A stretch of DNA of 64,000 bases from the NCBI GenBank assembly GCA_951406725.2, contig OX597817.1, positions 155,372,001 through 155,436,000 on the forward strand, written 5' to 3'. Under the pieces are notes generated by a model. The model was not told the DNA's origin, searched no databases, and worked only from the letters and a program-made list of their open reading frames with translations. The translations under genes and the position numbers were made by a program. Positions 47,324 through 59,945 of the stretch are shown piece by piece. This DNA is from Octopus vulgaris. Lineage: Eukaryota. Each line of letters begins with the position of its first letter. The first letter of the stretch is position 1.

Positions 47324-47375
47324 TGAGAACGTACGTTTCAAGATTAGTCAAATCGACACTTCTATCATCAGCTCA
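47324..47375 (-). ncRNA. Type I hammerhead ribozyme (array unit 2)
   Basis: Identical motif, 558 bp from unit 1. Confidence 0.8.
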
Positions 47376-47880
47376 GAACTCCCTGGTTTGGATTTGAAAA
47401 CACTGAAAGCGGGAGCATACCCTTTCGGCCTGTTATCGCTTCTGAAGATCTGTTCAAAACTAACAGTGTTAGCAAATTCAAATATGCAAACGAAGAATTT
47501 CTGCTCTCCCCTTTCCACCAGCGTGGGTTAAAATCAGCAAACATTATGCTTTTTTTCGGTAAAATCCGAGGCATTATATAGAGAGAGATGAATTATAATT
47601 TCAACAATTGAGGGTAAAATTAATTAATTAATCAATTTCACCAAGTATTCAGTATACAAAGGGACCATTTAAGGCGAATTCAAATTATTACATTATATAA
47701 AAGGGCTTAGTAAAATAAATTACTTTGCCGCATACTGAACTCATTAGAAATAGCAGCTAAAAAAACTTTTTAAAACTATCTCCAATACTTAAAGAAAATC
47801 TCTCTCGTATAGTGTTTGCTCAATTCAACTCACGAAAGTATGAGGGTAGAGACATTAAAAAATCAAATGCAAAGGTTATT

Positions 47881-47932
47881 TGAGAACGTACGTTTCAAGA
47901 TTAGTCAAATCGACACTTCTATCATCAGCTCA
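47881..47932 (-). ncRNA. Type I hammerhead ribozyme (array unit 3)
   Basis: Identical motif, 557 bp from unit 2. Confidence 0.8.
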
Positions 47933-48562
47933 GAACTCCCTGGTTTGGATTTGAAAACACTGAAAGCGGGAGCATACCCTTTAAGCCTATTATCGCTTCT
48001 GAAGATCTGTTCAAAACTAACAGTGTTAGCAAATTCAAATATGCAAACGAAGAATTTCTGCTCTCCCTTTCCACCAGCGTGGGTTAAAATCAGCAAACAT
48101 TATGCTTTTTTTTGAATTGCAAACACTATACGAGAGAGATTTTCTTTAAGTATTGGAGATAGTTTTAAAAAAGTTTTCTTAGCTGCTATTTCTAATGAGT
48201 TCAGTATGCGGCAGAGTAATTTATTTTACTAAGCCCTTTTATATAATGTAATAATTTGAATTCGCCTTAAATGGTCCCTTTGTATACTGAATACTTGGTG
48301 AAATTGATTAATTAATTAATTTTACCCTCAATTGTTGAAATTATAATTCATCTCTCTCTATATAATGCCTCGGATTTTACCGAAAAAAGCATAATGTTTG
48401 CTGATTTTAACCCACGCTGGTGGAAAGGGGAGAGCAGAAATTCTTCGTTTGCATATTTGAATTTGCTAACACTGTTAGTTTTGAACAGATCTTCAGAAGC
48501 GATAACAGGCCGAAAGGGTATGCTCCCGCTTTCAGTGTTTTCAAATCCAAACCAGGGAGTTC

Positions 48563-48614
48563 TGAGCTGATGATAGAAGTGTCGATTTGACTAATCTTGA
48601 AACGTACGTTCTCA
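48563..48614 (+). ncRNA. Type I hammerhead ribozyme (inverted arm)
   Basis: CTGATGA at 48567-48573, GAAA at 48599-48602, palindrome ACGTACGT, GUU triplet, stem I TGAG/CTCA. Confidence 0.8.
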
Positions 48615-49118
48615 AATAACCTTTGCATTTGATTTTTTAATGTCTCTACCCTCATACTTTCGTGAGTTGAATTGAGCAAACACTATACGAGAGAGATTTT
48701 CTTTAAGTATTGGAGATAGTTTTAAAAAAGTTTTTTTAGCTGCTATTTCTAATGAGTTCAGTATGCGGCAAAGTAATTTATTTTACTAAGCCCTTTTATA
48801 TAATGTAATAATTTGAATTCGCCTTAAATGGTCCCTTTGTATACTGAATACTTGGTGAAATTGATTAATTAATTAATTTTACCCTCAATTGTTGAAATTA
48901 TAATTCATCTCTCTCTATATAATGCCTCGGATTTTACCGAAAAAAAGCATAATGTTTGCTGATTTTAACCCACGCTGGTGGAAAGGGGAGAGCAGAAATT
49001 CTTCGTTTGCATATTTGANNNNNNNNNNNNNNNNNNNNNNNNNNNNNNNNNNNNNNNNNNNNNNNNNNNNNNNNNNNNNNNNNNNNNNNNNNNNNNNNNN
49101 NNNNNNNNNNNNNNNNNN

Positions 49119-49617
49119 ATTACACAATTTGGTCAACCCTCCTCCACGGATACACTGAAACTGGGCATGGATACATTGAAACCCCGACGTCTGGCAGCTG
49201 ACTTGGCAGACACCCATAAAATTATTAACCATCTTACAAACAATAACTCTGAGCACCTTTTCAAACTCCACCTGTCTAACACCCGTGAACATGTTTACAA
49301 AGTCAGAAAACAGCACAGCTCCCATGACTTTCGGAAACATTTTTTCACGCTGAGAGTTGCTGAAGCATGGAAGAAACTACCGGCATCAGTTGTTAGTTGT
49401 CGGAGCACTGCATCCTTCAAAACTTCCATGCTTCCTGAGATTCGCCAACACTCCACCTGATTTTCTCCCCTCCATACACACGCAAGCATGTATCTGACTC
49501 ATACACTGTTCACTTCCCAGGCATTTGTACATTACTGCATATGCTTTATACGCACTTTTGACAAGTTGTGGTGCACCTGAGCACTGTATACAATAATCTC
49601 ATTATATATTATTATAA
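49119..49617 (+). mobile_element. CR1-like LINE 3' end (third family)
   Basis: TLKPRRLAADL..HKII...FRKHFFTLRVAEAWKKLP, a typical CR1 C-terminal motif. Confidence 0.75.
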
Positions 49618-50243
49618 TTTTAGGCCTTGTGCTTATTGTAGAAAGGTTATTATTACTACTCATATAAAGGTAGTGATCTGGTAGAATTGTTAGCATGCCA
49701 GGCAAAATGCTTAGTGGGATTCCATCTGTCTTTATGTTCTGTGTTCAAATTCCACTAAGGTCAACTTTGCCTTTCGTTCTTTTGAGGTTGATAAAATAGT
49801 ACCAGTTGAATATTGGGGTTAATGTAATTGAGGTTGTACAGTAGACAAGCCTGAAAGAGCATTGAGGAAAGACACTTCAGTCAAGTCCTCATCAACTTCT
49901 TTAAGTTCTGCTCGGAAAGGTAAGTGAAGGTGGAGAAGGATGTGCTACCTCTAAGTAAATTTGTGAAAAGATGGATGGTCGTCGTCATCAACATAACAAT
50001 TATTATTGGTGGTGAGCTGGCAGGTCGTTCAGCAAAAACTGAACAGACATATGTCGTCTTCAAAGGGAGAATCCATCATCATCATTATTATTATTATTAT
50101 TGAGGTCAACTTTGCCTTTCATCCTTTCAGGGTCAATAAATTAAGTACCAGTGAAACATTTGGGTCAAAGTAATCGACTATCCCTCTCCCCCAATTTTCA
50201 TGCCTTGTGCCTATAGTAGAAATGATTAATATTATTATTATTA

Positions 50244-50811
50244 TTGGGTTGTCCGGAAAGTTTGTGCCGATTTATATACAGTAGCTTACCTTTTGACTTA
50301 TTTTAGAACATGGTTGAGTCCATAAAATAGGATTTGACTACACCTCTATTTAGAGCATAGTTTAAGCTATCTTTTCGTGGAAGAAGGTTTATGTTCCTAT
50401 AACCTGTATTAAGCCTGTAACCCTTTAAAATGGAAGATAAGAAAGTTCATTTTCGGCACTTGATGCTTTGGGAACCAGACAAAAATTGCTGCAGCTCGGC
50501 TGGGATGTTACCCCACCCTCTATATTCACCAGATATTGCTTCTTCGGATTTCCACTTATTCAGGTCTCTGCAGAATAGTCTTAATGGTAAAAATTTCAAT
50601 TCCTTGGATGACGTAAAAAGATACCTTGATGAATTCTCTGCCATGAAGCCACCTCAATTCTGGGAAGAGGGTATTTTCAAGTTAAAGGAAAGATGGAGAT
50701 GCATTGTGCAACAAAATGGTTCATATTTGGTTGATTAAAAATGTAATGGCAAGTATTTATTGACCTTTTTCTTTCCTTCAAAAATCGGTACGAACTTTCC
50801 AGACAACCCAA
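50244..50811 (+). mobile_element. Internally deleted mariner transposon
   Basis: TIR TTGGGTTGTCCGGAAAGTT.. / ..AACTTTCCAGACAACCCAA with TA flanks; ORF 50430..50738 has HPLYSPDIASSDFHLFRSLQ and GIFKLKERW. Confidence 0.9.
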
Positions 50812-51132
50812 TATTATTATTACTATTATAATAAGAGTGATGAATAAACAGAATCACAAGGTACTGGTTGGCCAAGGTCTATAGGAGACACTTGCCCAAG
50901 GTGCCCACTCAGTGAGACTGAACCTGAAACCATGTGGTTGTGAAATAAATTTCTTAAACATGTCTTTACCTGCTAAAATGCGCATGTGTGTCTGTTTGTC
51001 TGTCTGTCCGTCTATACGTGAGTGCAGGCATGGCTGTGCAGTTAAGTTCACTTCACAAGCTCATCATTTCAGGGAAACATTATCTATATTTCAATAGATG
51101 AAATATGATGCTTACATAGGGAATATACTTAC

Positions 51133-51252
51133 ATCAGCATCAATGGATTCCATTTGCATCTGAGTCAGTCCAGTCAGGTCCTCGAGGAAGGAAGGGATAT
51201 TGAAGGCCATGAATAAAAAGTCAAATCCATCTTTTTGGTAACTTTTGATCAC
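51133..51252 (-). CDS. ATG7: ATG7 exon (VIKSYQKDGFDFLFMAFNIPSFLEDLTGLTQMQMESIDAD), last one identified
   Basis: CAG acceptor, GTAAGT donor, 120 nt, phase 0/0; LEDLTGL motif. Confidence 0.9.
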
Positions 51253-52810
51253 CTGATGAGTGAATGAGAAAGAGAGAGAATAAGAGAGAGTGTATAATAC
51301 ATGGACAGTATTTCTCTTGACATTTGATGCTCTTCTGCCTCATTCATTATCTTCTTTTGTTACCATAGTTCTACTAAAATACACTGCCTCTGTTTCAGTT
51401 AATTTTGAAAATTATAAAGAATCTAGTAGCACTTAGTAAAAATTCTGAAATATACTGCCTTTATTTCAATTAATCTTGACATTTACAAAGAATTTAGGCA
51501 AATTTAGTAAAAATTCTACTGAAATACATGGACTTGTTTCAATTAATCTCAAAAATTTCAAAAAACCCTGTAACATTTGGTAAAAATTCTGAAATATACT
51601 GCTTTTGTTACAATTAATTTTGACAATTACAAATAATCAGTGCCGGTGGTACGTAAGAGAACCATCCGAACGTGGCTGTTGCCAGCGCCGCCCAGACTGG
51701 CCTCATGCCGGTGGCATGTAAAAAGCACCATCCGATTGTGGCCGTTTGCCAGCCTCGTCTGGCACCTGTGCCGGTGGCATGTAAAAAGCACCCACTACAC
51801 TCATGGAGTGGTTGGCGTTAGGAAGAGCATCAAGCCGTAGAAACATTGCCAGATCAGACTGGGCCTGGTGCAGCCTTCTGGCTTCCCAGACCCCAGTTGA
51901 ACCGTCCAACCCATGCTAGCATGGAAAGCGGACGCTAAACGATGATGAACGATGATTGAGTAAAAATTCAACTGAAATATGCTGTCTTTGTATCAAATAA
52001 TTTCGAAAGTTACAAAGAATTTAGTATAAATAACTTTGTCATTATTAACCTGGTGTTTTGAACAGAATTTAACATGAAATTTTGAAAAAAGGTTTTGATT
52101 TAGACAATTTTAAAATGAGAAGTTTGCATCATAGAACCAGGGCAGTCTTGGGTGGGTTGATTTCAAAAAGGATAAACAGATGTGGAATGGAATGCAATGC
52201 AAAGAAGAAACTAGACTATCATGGTAAATAGCCTAGACTCCCTGGTATCATGGTAAATAGTCCAACAGCCAAAGAAATCTGAAATCATTTCCATCACCTC
52301 TCGTAGGATATATATAGGCGCAGGAGTGGCTGTGTGGTAAGTAGCTTGCTAACCAACCACATGGTTCCGGGTTCAGTCCCACTGCGTGGCATCTTGGGCA
52401 AGTGTCTTCTGCTATAGCCCCGGATCGACCAATGCCTTGTGAGTGGATTTGGTAGACGGAAACTGAAAGAAGCCTGTCGTATATATATATGTATGTGTGT
52501 GTGTGTGTGTTTGTGTGTCTGTGTTTGTCTCCCTAGCATTGCTTGACAACCAATGCTTGTGTGTTTACGTCCCCGTCACTTAGCGGTTCAGCAAAAGAGA
52601 CCGATAGAATAAGTACTGGGCTGACAAAGAATAAGTCCCGGGGTCGATTTGCTCGACTAAAGGCGGTGCTCCAGCATGGCCGCAGTCAAATGACTGAAAC
52701 AAGTAAAAGAGTAAAAGAGAGAGTAAAGAGAGTAGTTAGTGCTAGGAGGATTTTAAAATTACAAAACAACAAAATAATTGAAGTATTGAAAAATGGTTAA
52801 AAGAACTTAC

Positions 52811-52891
52811 TGTGTCTGAGCAACCTGTACACTTTTTGAATGCCCTGGCAGCTGGGAGTACAATATGATAATGAGAGAGAAACCCTCGAAT
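52811..52891 (-). CDS. ATG7: ATG7 exon (IRGFLSHYHIVLPAARAFKKCTGCSDT)
   Basis: CAG...GTAAGT, 81 nt; IRGFL and the C-terminal CxxC zinc ligands. Confidence 0.92.
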
Positions 52892-53042
52892 CTGTGAATC
52901 AAGCAACCCAAATGGATAGTTTTAATAATTAATCAACCACATATAGACATTGTAAAGAGAGTACATGTAAGTTTATGTAAAAGAGAGAGAAATTTGCTCA
53001 CATATATTATTTGACTGTGTTCAAATAGACTGTGGCAATGTG

Positions 53043-53092
<50 letters not shown>

Positions 53093-53661
53093 TAATAAAT
53101 AAAACATATGCATATATACATATATGTACGTCCTACCTCTACATGTATATATACACGCATATATGAGTACAGGACACCAAAAAAACGTCGAACACAATGA
53201 GAAACGAAAACGTAGACACAAACACAAGGAACTGGACATTTTTCTTAAACAACAAAAAAAGGAGTACAGGACAAATAACACAAGGAAAAAACCCCTTCTT
53301 CAGTCGCCATGGTTTCATCTACTCTACGTTTCGAAGGATAAAAGTGAGACGTATCTTCAATAAGAAACTTTCCTTCCTGCGAAAAGCAAATCAAATAAAA
53401 TTTGAGATCTTTTTGCAGAGGGGTAAAAATGGTAACAAAACCAGGACAGTAACGACAGTACAAAATATAAGATATATATATATATATATATATATATGTT
53501 GGCATTAGGAAGGGCATCCAGCCGTAGAAACACTGCCAGATTTGACTGGGCCTGATGAAGCCTTCTGGCTTCACAGACCCCAGTAGAACCGTCCAACCCA
53601 TGCTAGCATGGAAAACGGACGCTAAACGATGATGATGATGATGATGATATATATATATATA

Positions 53662-54087
53662 TCAAGTCATCCCATAAGTTCTGTCTGAATTTTGAATAAA
53701 GAAAACAAGTGATCAAATGCTATATTAATTGAAATTTAATCATGAATGTACTTTCCCTGATTATCTCTGACTTCCTTCCATCTATTTACAAGCTTTTTAA
53801 TCCCATCAATGTAAAACTCTTTTGGTTTCAAAGCCAAGAACTCTGAAATGTCAGTTTCAACCACCTCCTGGCTTGCAAAAGTTATGTCCCCCAAATGATT
53901 CTGTAAACTACGACACAAATGGTAGCCTGAAGGAGCAAGGTCGGGAGAATAAGGTGGATGAGGAAGTTTTTCCAAACCAAGCTCTTCGATCTTCTGTGAT
54001 GTGATCTTTGCAGTGTGGGGTCATTCATTGTCCTGATGAAACATCACTCCTTTTCAATTCACTAAAGCGGGTCTTTTTTTCTTCAAA
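53662..54087 (-). mobile_element. Mariner transposon 3' fragment
   Basis: LPHPPYSPDLAPSGYHL..SLQNHL...GIKKLVNRW; TIR-like end at 53662. Confidence 0.85.
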
Positions 54088-54581
54088 GTACATATATACG
54101 ACGGGCATCTTTCAGTTTCCGTCTACCAAATCCACTCACAAGGCTTTGGTCAGCCCGAGGCTATAGTAGAAGACACTTGTCCAAGGTGCTACGCAGTGGG
54201 ACTGAACCCGGAACCATGTGGTTCGTAAGCAAGTTACTTACCACACAGCCACTCCTATGCCTACTGCAAAACATGTAGAGAGGGTGTGTGTGTATACGCA
54301 TAGATATGTAACTTTGCTTTACACCAAGTACAGCATGAAAACCCCTGCTACAACAGATCTTTGACCAAGGGCATCTTAGCCAAGACCATCCAGTACATCA
54401 AAGACTACATCATCCAATGAGTCCATCTTTTTTGTTTTTACAATGAAAGAGTGTGAGCAACCATGAAGTATCTTTTCCATTGGACCGTGCATTCATATGT
54501 GGTGGGAGGGAGAGAAAAAGAGAAAAACATAAACAAAGAATGTGCTTTCTACAAGCAAAAATAAGAAACCCAATAGCTCAC

Positions 54582-54663
54582 CTGATGAGGAACTATTCCA
54601 AGGCAGGATTCCGATTCACTTTGGAAATCCGAATCAGTACTGGTACAAGCTGGTGCCTTTAGC
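54582..54663 (-). CDS. ATG7: ATG7 exon (LKAPACTSTDSDFQSESESCLGIVPHQ)
   Basis: 82 nt, phase 2/0, CAG...GTGAGC; LGxVPHQ motif. Confidence 0.9.
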
Positions 54664-55149
54664 CTGTTGATGTATAATAATATATATGGAGAATATATTC
54701 AATATATAAAATATAGATATACAATAGTTGAGTGCAACACTCAAAAAGACCAAGTCATCAAACATAATGCTACAAAACGTGTGTGTGTGTAAGAGAGAGA
54801 GAAAATGACAACAAAGTGTCTAAGTTTGTTGTTGTTGTTTAGCCCCAGGGCAGATGTCTTCAAGTATTATTAGGATCAAAGTGTTCCACCTATGACCAGC
54901 CCATCTTATTTTCAGATGTATCAATGTATCCAGGACTACATTGTCTGATGTGTTCTTCCACCTTTAAGATGCTATACTATGATCTAAGAGGGATTTGGCT
55001 GCTAATTTTAACAAGGTATATGACCACATAGAAGCTCCTGCTTTAGTTCAAGATTGTCTAAGTGCAAGGTAAAATTACCTCATGATAGGTGAGACCAGCT
55101 TACTAGTATTTAGGGTAACTTCATCACTCTTGGAGGCCCTAAAAAAATA

Positions 55150-55527
55150 TCCTCTGTGTGAAAAGTCTGGCTGCATACACGTTAACATATGTCAGGTGCA
55201 TACAATTGACAACACAGTTAATTAAGATTTATTCAGTGAGTTCTATTCAACACATGTTTACACGTGGAATTAGCAGAATCATTATTAACTTTAGATGGCT
55301 CGCAGGCGAGGTGAACAAATCAGTGAGGCATGAATTGCATGAAGCCGTCTTGCAGTCTTGGGAAGAGCTGAGCAGAAAATTTGTGGATGTATTCAACATC
55401 AAACTCGTGTTCGGCGTCAAATAGTTGACTGTTGTGGTGGTAACAGATTCATGTAATAAATTTTGTGTTTATTTTTGTTTCATAATATATATTTTTTCGG
55501 ATGCAGCCAGACTTTTCACACGGAGGG
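55150..55527 (+). mobile_element. Tc1/mariner-derived MITE
   Basis: ~27-bp TIR CCTC(T/C)GTGTGAAAAGTCTGGCTGCAT with TA on both sides; remnant ELHEAVLQSWEEL. Confidence 0.85.
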
Positions 55528-56510
55528 TACAAGAATCACAGGGTTGTCCTTACCTCCTTGACTAAGAGGTACAAACAAATGCCTAGACGAAAATGGTACC
55601 CACTTTGTATTAAGGACTTAACTTCTATATAATAAAGTGTATTGCCCCAGAGGCATTATGATAAGATAAATCTAATTCAGTTTAGAAGAAGCCAGTCAAT
55701 TCAGGTGAAGCAAGGTAACATTTCCAGACGATTCACTCCAGGGACTCTCTAATACAAAACATTTCTCCTTGGATAGAACACTGGCACATAATTGACATTT
55801 CTAAATGATCTGGTACATATTTTAATCATTGAAGGAATTGAGGAAGTTTCAGCCAGTAGCTATCCATCCTGCTTTGTTCATTTTACACTATGTTGGCGGA
55901 GTCAGGTTATAGTTTCAATAAACCTTTATCTTAGATGTTTGTTGATTTGAGAATTTCTATGCTTTGAAGCAACTATGCTTCAGAAGACTCCAACACATGC
56001 AAATATGAGAAAAATAATGCCAAACCTCACTACATCTCTACAAGAGTGTATCACTAATGATTTCTTTCTTAACTCTCCAGCAATCATCATCATTGTTTAG
56101 CATCTGCTGGCATGGGTTGGATGGTTTGACATGGAGCTGGCTACAGGGAATTGTCCAGATTCCAACTGTCTGTTGAGTCATGGTTTCTATGGCTGGATAC
56201 CCTTCCTATTGCCAACCACTTAAGTCGTGCAAATAACACGTCTCTCTCCTCTCTAATGGCATTAATGATTGCCAAATGACTACCCACATACACTGTTTTG
56301 TGGGATCCACTCATATGGACACTCAACAGAGAAAATATTGTGTAGATGAGTAGGATTATAGAGGAGTAAAACTTAGTATGTAGGTTAAGGTAGGGAAAAA
56401 ATTATGGAGAGGTGAATGTGCAAACAAGAAACTATATAAAGATGTAGGTGTGTATATACAGAGATGTAGAGGTGCAGGTATTTACAATCACTATGAAAAA
56501 GAAAAATGAA

Positions 56511-56739
56511 TTAACACTTTAGCATTCGTATTATTCTATTAAAAAATAATACTTATTTATTAACATCGGTTTGAATTAATCATGCATTATCTTGTAGCTA
56601 TGAGATTTTGATAGGGTAACTATTAATTTTTAGAATGACATTGTAGAATTGGTGTGAGAGACCAGATCTGACTAGTTTGAACACAAAACAGGCAGAATAT
56701 TTTGGCCAGATATGACCAGTTTAAATGCTAAAGGGTTAA
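56511..56739. mobile_element. TTAA-flanked (piggyBac-type) MITE
   Basis: TTAA-CACTTTAGCATT...AATGCTAAAGGG-TTAA; an inverted sister copy lies at 58525-58753. Confidence 0.75.
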
Positions 56740-56792
56740 ATATTAATGAAAAGAAAAAAGGCTGCTGTGAAATCAGAATATAAGTTCCTTAC

Positions 56793-56908
56793 CTGAGGGG
56801 ATGTTGTAAAATGGAGACCATCAACTCCACAGCTATGCCAGCTGCAATCATGGACATTCCAGGCCTTGAAACTGTACATTGTTGATCCAATGTACGGTCC
56901 TTAGTGGA
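56793..56908 (-). CDS. ATG7: ATG7 exon with catalytic cysteine ([38 protein letters not shown])
   Basis: [14 protein letters not shown] active-site motif; 116 nt, phase 0/2. Confidence 0.96.
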
Positions 56909-58211
56909 CTGAAACAAAAAAGGGTCCATTTTGATATATTTGTAGCATGTATATCATGTAAAAGGTGGACATTAATGTTTGTGAACAACATACAAAGACA
57001 TTTCAAATATAAATAGACACCTCTCATTGTACCATTTTATTTGTACAGTGTTTCTAGAGTTTCATATCTTGTGAATCTTTTCTCTTTTGTTTCAGTTATT
57101 AGATTGCAGCCATGCTGGGGCACCATCTTGAAGAATTTTTAGTTGAACGAAATGACCCCTAGTACTTTTTTTTTTTTCAAAGCCTGGTACTTACTCTATT
57201 GAACAGTGTCCATTATTTCCAATATTCTATGAAAATATGTCTGGCCAGAGGAAAATATTACTTTATTTAAGAAATAGGTGAGGGTTGGTGACAAAAGGGC
57301 ACCCAGCCAGAGAAAATCTGCTTTAGCAAATTCTGTCTGACCCATGCAAGCATAGAAAAGTGGACATTATGATGATGATGATGATACAAGTGTAAATCCA
57401 TGTGGTATATCATTGTATTAAATATACAAACTTGACTTCTAAGTCTTATTTTGTCACATTAGATCTACTTGTACTACTTAAGCCTTCCATTATAATACTT
57501 AGAGTAGAACATTTGAATTCCCTGAATGCCTGCTATCTATTGATCACAGGTTTATTATCCCTTGCCAAACCAGAACTAAAACTTCTAAAAGCAGAATAGA
57601 AATGTTTACCGTTAACATTTATATTTCCTGAACTGGATTCAGTTAGTACATTACTAGCAAGTATAAAATATTTTCACACACTCTCTACCATTATTGTTAT
57701 CTTTATCATTATTATGGTTTTGTAATATAATCAAAGACTGGGTTTTGGGATTCATATGTACCACATCCCAAAATTGAACAACTATTAAATCTACCTCTAG
57801 GGTTTTCTTTAAACATAGTTAAAGTTTTGTAAAGCTTAAAAATAATATTTTTACTTCATTTTTAATGGTTAAACTCCAAGTAGATAAGGCTATAATTAAT
57901 AGTGTGTTAATATTGGATTAAAATAGTCATTTAACTTTTTCTATTCAAAGGACTTTTTAACCTAATATTTTATATTATAACTTTATCTACTTCGAGTTCA
58001 TCCTTTAAAAATGAATTATTTTATCTTCTCTTGCAGTTTCAAAATTCTAATGACGTAAATTATTTTTATCCTTTTTTAAAAAAAAAATATACTAGAATAT
58101 GAAAGCATTATAAGTGAGATGTAAGAATTTTCTCAACTGAATGACTCTACCATGACATAGATAAACGTGTAGAATTTGAAAAACTGAAAGAGTTATTAAA
58201 ATAATACTCAC

Positions 58212-58385
58212 ATCACCAGGAGCAACTACATCATTACAGAAATAACAGCCAAGTTTGTTCCCAGCAAGGTTACCCTTGAGAATTTCTGCATCAGTTTCTG
58301 TGGCATTGTCAACATCATCTGGGTTTCTCAAACCATGCCGTAGAACGAGGAATGTATCAAACCCTAAGGCAGCATTGATGACAAT
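58212..58385 (-). CDS. ATG7: ATG7 exon ([18 protein letters not shown]...[14 protein letters not shown])
   Basis: 174 nt; NAALGFD and [11 protein letters not shown] motifs; CAG...GTGAGT. Confidence 0.96.
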
Positions 58386-58524
58386 CTGGATGGTTAGGAA
58401 AATATGTTAGGTTAGGCTTCAAATGAAATAAGTTGTTGAGTAACTAGACCTACTTAAATCAACTGAAATCCTTGGCAGGGTTAATAAGAAGACATCATGT
58501 CAACGTAAGTAGCTGTATTACAGT

Positions 58525-58753
58525 TTAACCCTTTAGTGTTTAAACTGGCCAAATCCGGCCCAATATATTCTACATGTTTTATATTCAAACTGGCGATGTC
58601 TAGCCTCTCACACCTAACCTACAATGCCATTCTAAAAATAAGTAACCACATCATTGAAACCTCAAAGCTGTAAGATGATCCAGGATTAATTCAAAACAAT
58701 TTGAGTGAAAAAGTATTACATTTAACAGAGTAATCTGAACACTAAAGGGTTAA
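58525..58753. mobile_element. TTAA-flanked MITE, same family as 56511
   Basis: TTAA-CCCTTTAG...CTAAAGGG-TTAA. Confidence 0.8.
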
Positions 58754-59079
58754 TTTAACTAAGTAACAATATAGTGGTTACTTAGTCTCAAGTCAGTGCT
58801 AAACCAGCAGAACTGAATTGGAACCGTGCTGGTTGGTCTTGCACCTCCTTCTCTCAGGCACTCCTAACTCATTCATCCCTTTTGGCCTCACATTAACAAT
58901 TATACCCAGTCCTTTCTCCTCAAGATATCAGTCCTCTGGAAACCTCTCTTAACAGCATCAAGCTCACTGGTCTCGGTGGGGCCGGCAAAATTTATGGACA
59001 ATGTCTTTTCTTTCAGATTCAACAACCTGAAAAAAAACAAATTTTTAAAAAAAGTATAACTACTTGTATGTTTATATAC

Positions 59080-59216
59080 CTTTTGCTGTGATGCAGCAAT
59101 GAGGGAAGGCAGCCATCGACTCTCACGGGTGTCCATCAACAAGAATATCACATCATGCTCTGAGATCAATTGTTCCAAAACTGTTATGTCTTTTTTTGTT
59201 TGCTCCAGGACTCCAT
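59080..59216 (-). CDS. ATG7: ATG7 exon (GVLEQ...[26 protein letters not shown])
   Basis: 137 nt, phase 1/0; [13 protein letters not shown] motif. Confidence 0.96.
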
Positions 59217-59399
59217 CTGTAGAGAGAGAGATGAAGGGCTGAATGTGTGATACAGAGGAGAGGAAGAGGAAATTATGAAAAAGGAAGAACAAATGATGAG
59301 AGGATAAAGAAAAAAGGGAGAGAGAGAGAAGAGAGAAAATGAAGAACAAAATATGTGGCAAAGGACAGAAAGTAGGAGTAATGTATCCATACATATTCA

Positions 59400-59632
59400 G
59401 GCGGCGAGCTAGCAGAAACATTAGCACGCTGGGTGAAATGCTTAACGGTATTTCGCCTGCTGTTACGTTGTGAGTTCAAATTCCGCCGAGGTTGACCTTT
59501 ACCTTTTATCCTTTTGGGGTTGATAAATTAAGTACCAGTTACACATTGGGGTCGATCTAATCAACTTAACCCCTTTGTCTATCCTTGTTTGTCTCCTCTG
59601 TGTGTAGCCCCTTGTGGGCAGTAAATAAATAA
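59400..59632 (+). mobile_element. SINE in an ATG7 intron with target-site duplication
   Basis: GAAAGTAGGAGTAATG occurs at ~59368 and ~59633. Confidence 0.8.
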
Positions 59633-59945
59633 GAAAGTAGGAGTAATGGGTGTAGGAGAAAATGTAAGGTATACAGACAGAGAAAAAAAGGGGGTTCAGA
59701 ATAATTGAGAGTCATGTGAGAGAGTGTGGTGGAAAGAGGTATGCAAATAATGTTGTAGAGAGAAAGCAACATGAATGTAGACGATTAAGATGGAAAGTTC
59801 TAGGCATATTATCTATTAGTATGATATCAATGGAAGAATGAGAGATGGCAGTGATGCCAGTGAGGTGGTAACTGCATTAAGTGAGGTAATGATGTGTGAA
59901 GCAGGGAGAATAAAGACATCAGAAATGATATAAAACTGTACCAAC

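Larger units (their letters stand above)
46677..49018. repeat. 557-558-bp tandem array with central inversion, one HHR per unit
   Basis: Units start at 46677, 47235 and 47792; orientation flips at ~48112; bounded by gaps on both sides. Confidence 0.95.

Noticed and set aside
46701-48679. Repeated 90-aa ORF MLNSTHES... in the 558-bp units
   Set aside because: TTG start, no recognisable domain, antisense to the HHR; repetition simply reflects the array
53290-53365. Minus-strand GAAAcgTA and CTGAAGA boxes in an intronic repeat
   Set aside because: Box order and pairing give no consistent stem I/II
54575-54651. HHR-like CTGATGA-GGA...TCC-GAAT-CAGTACTG on the + strand
   Set aside because: It is the antisense of the ATG7 exon 54582-54663 (VPHQ plus donor); GAAA and stem I are defective, so it is coincidental
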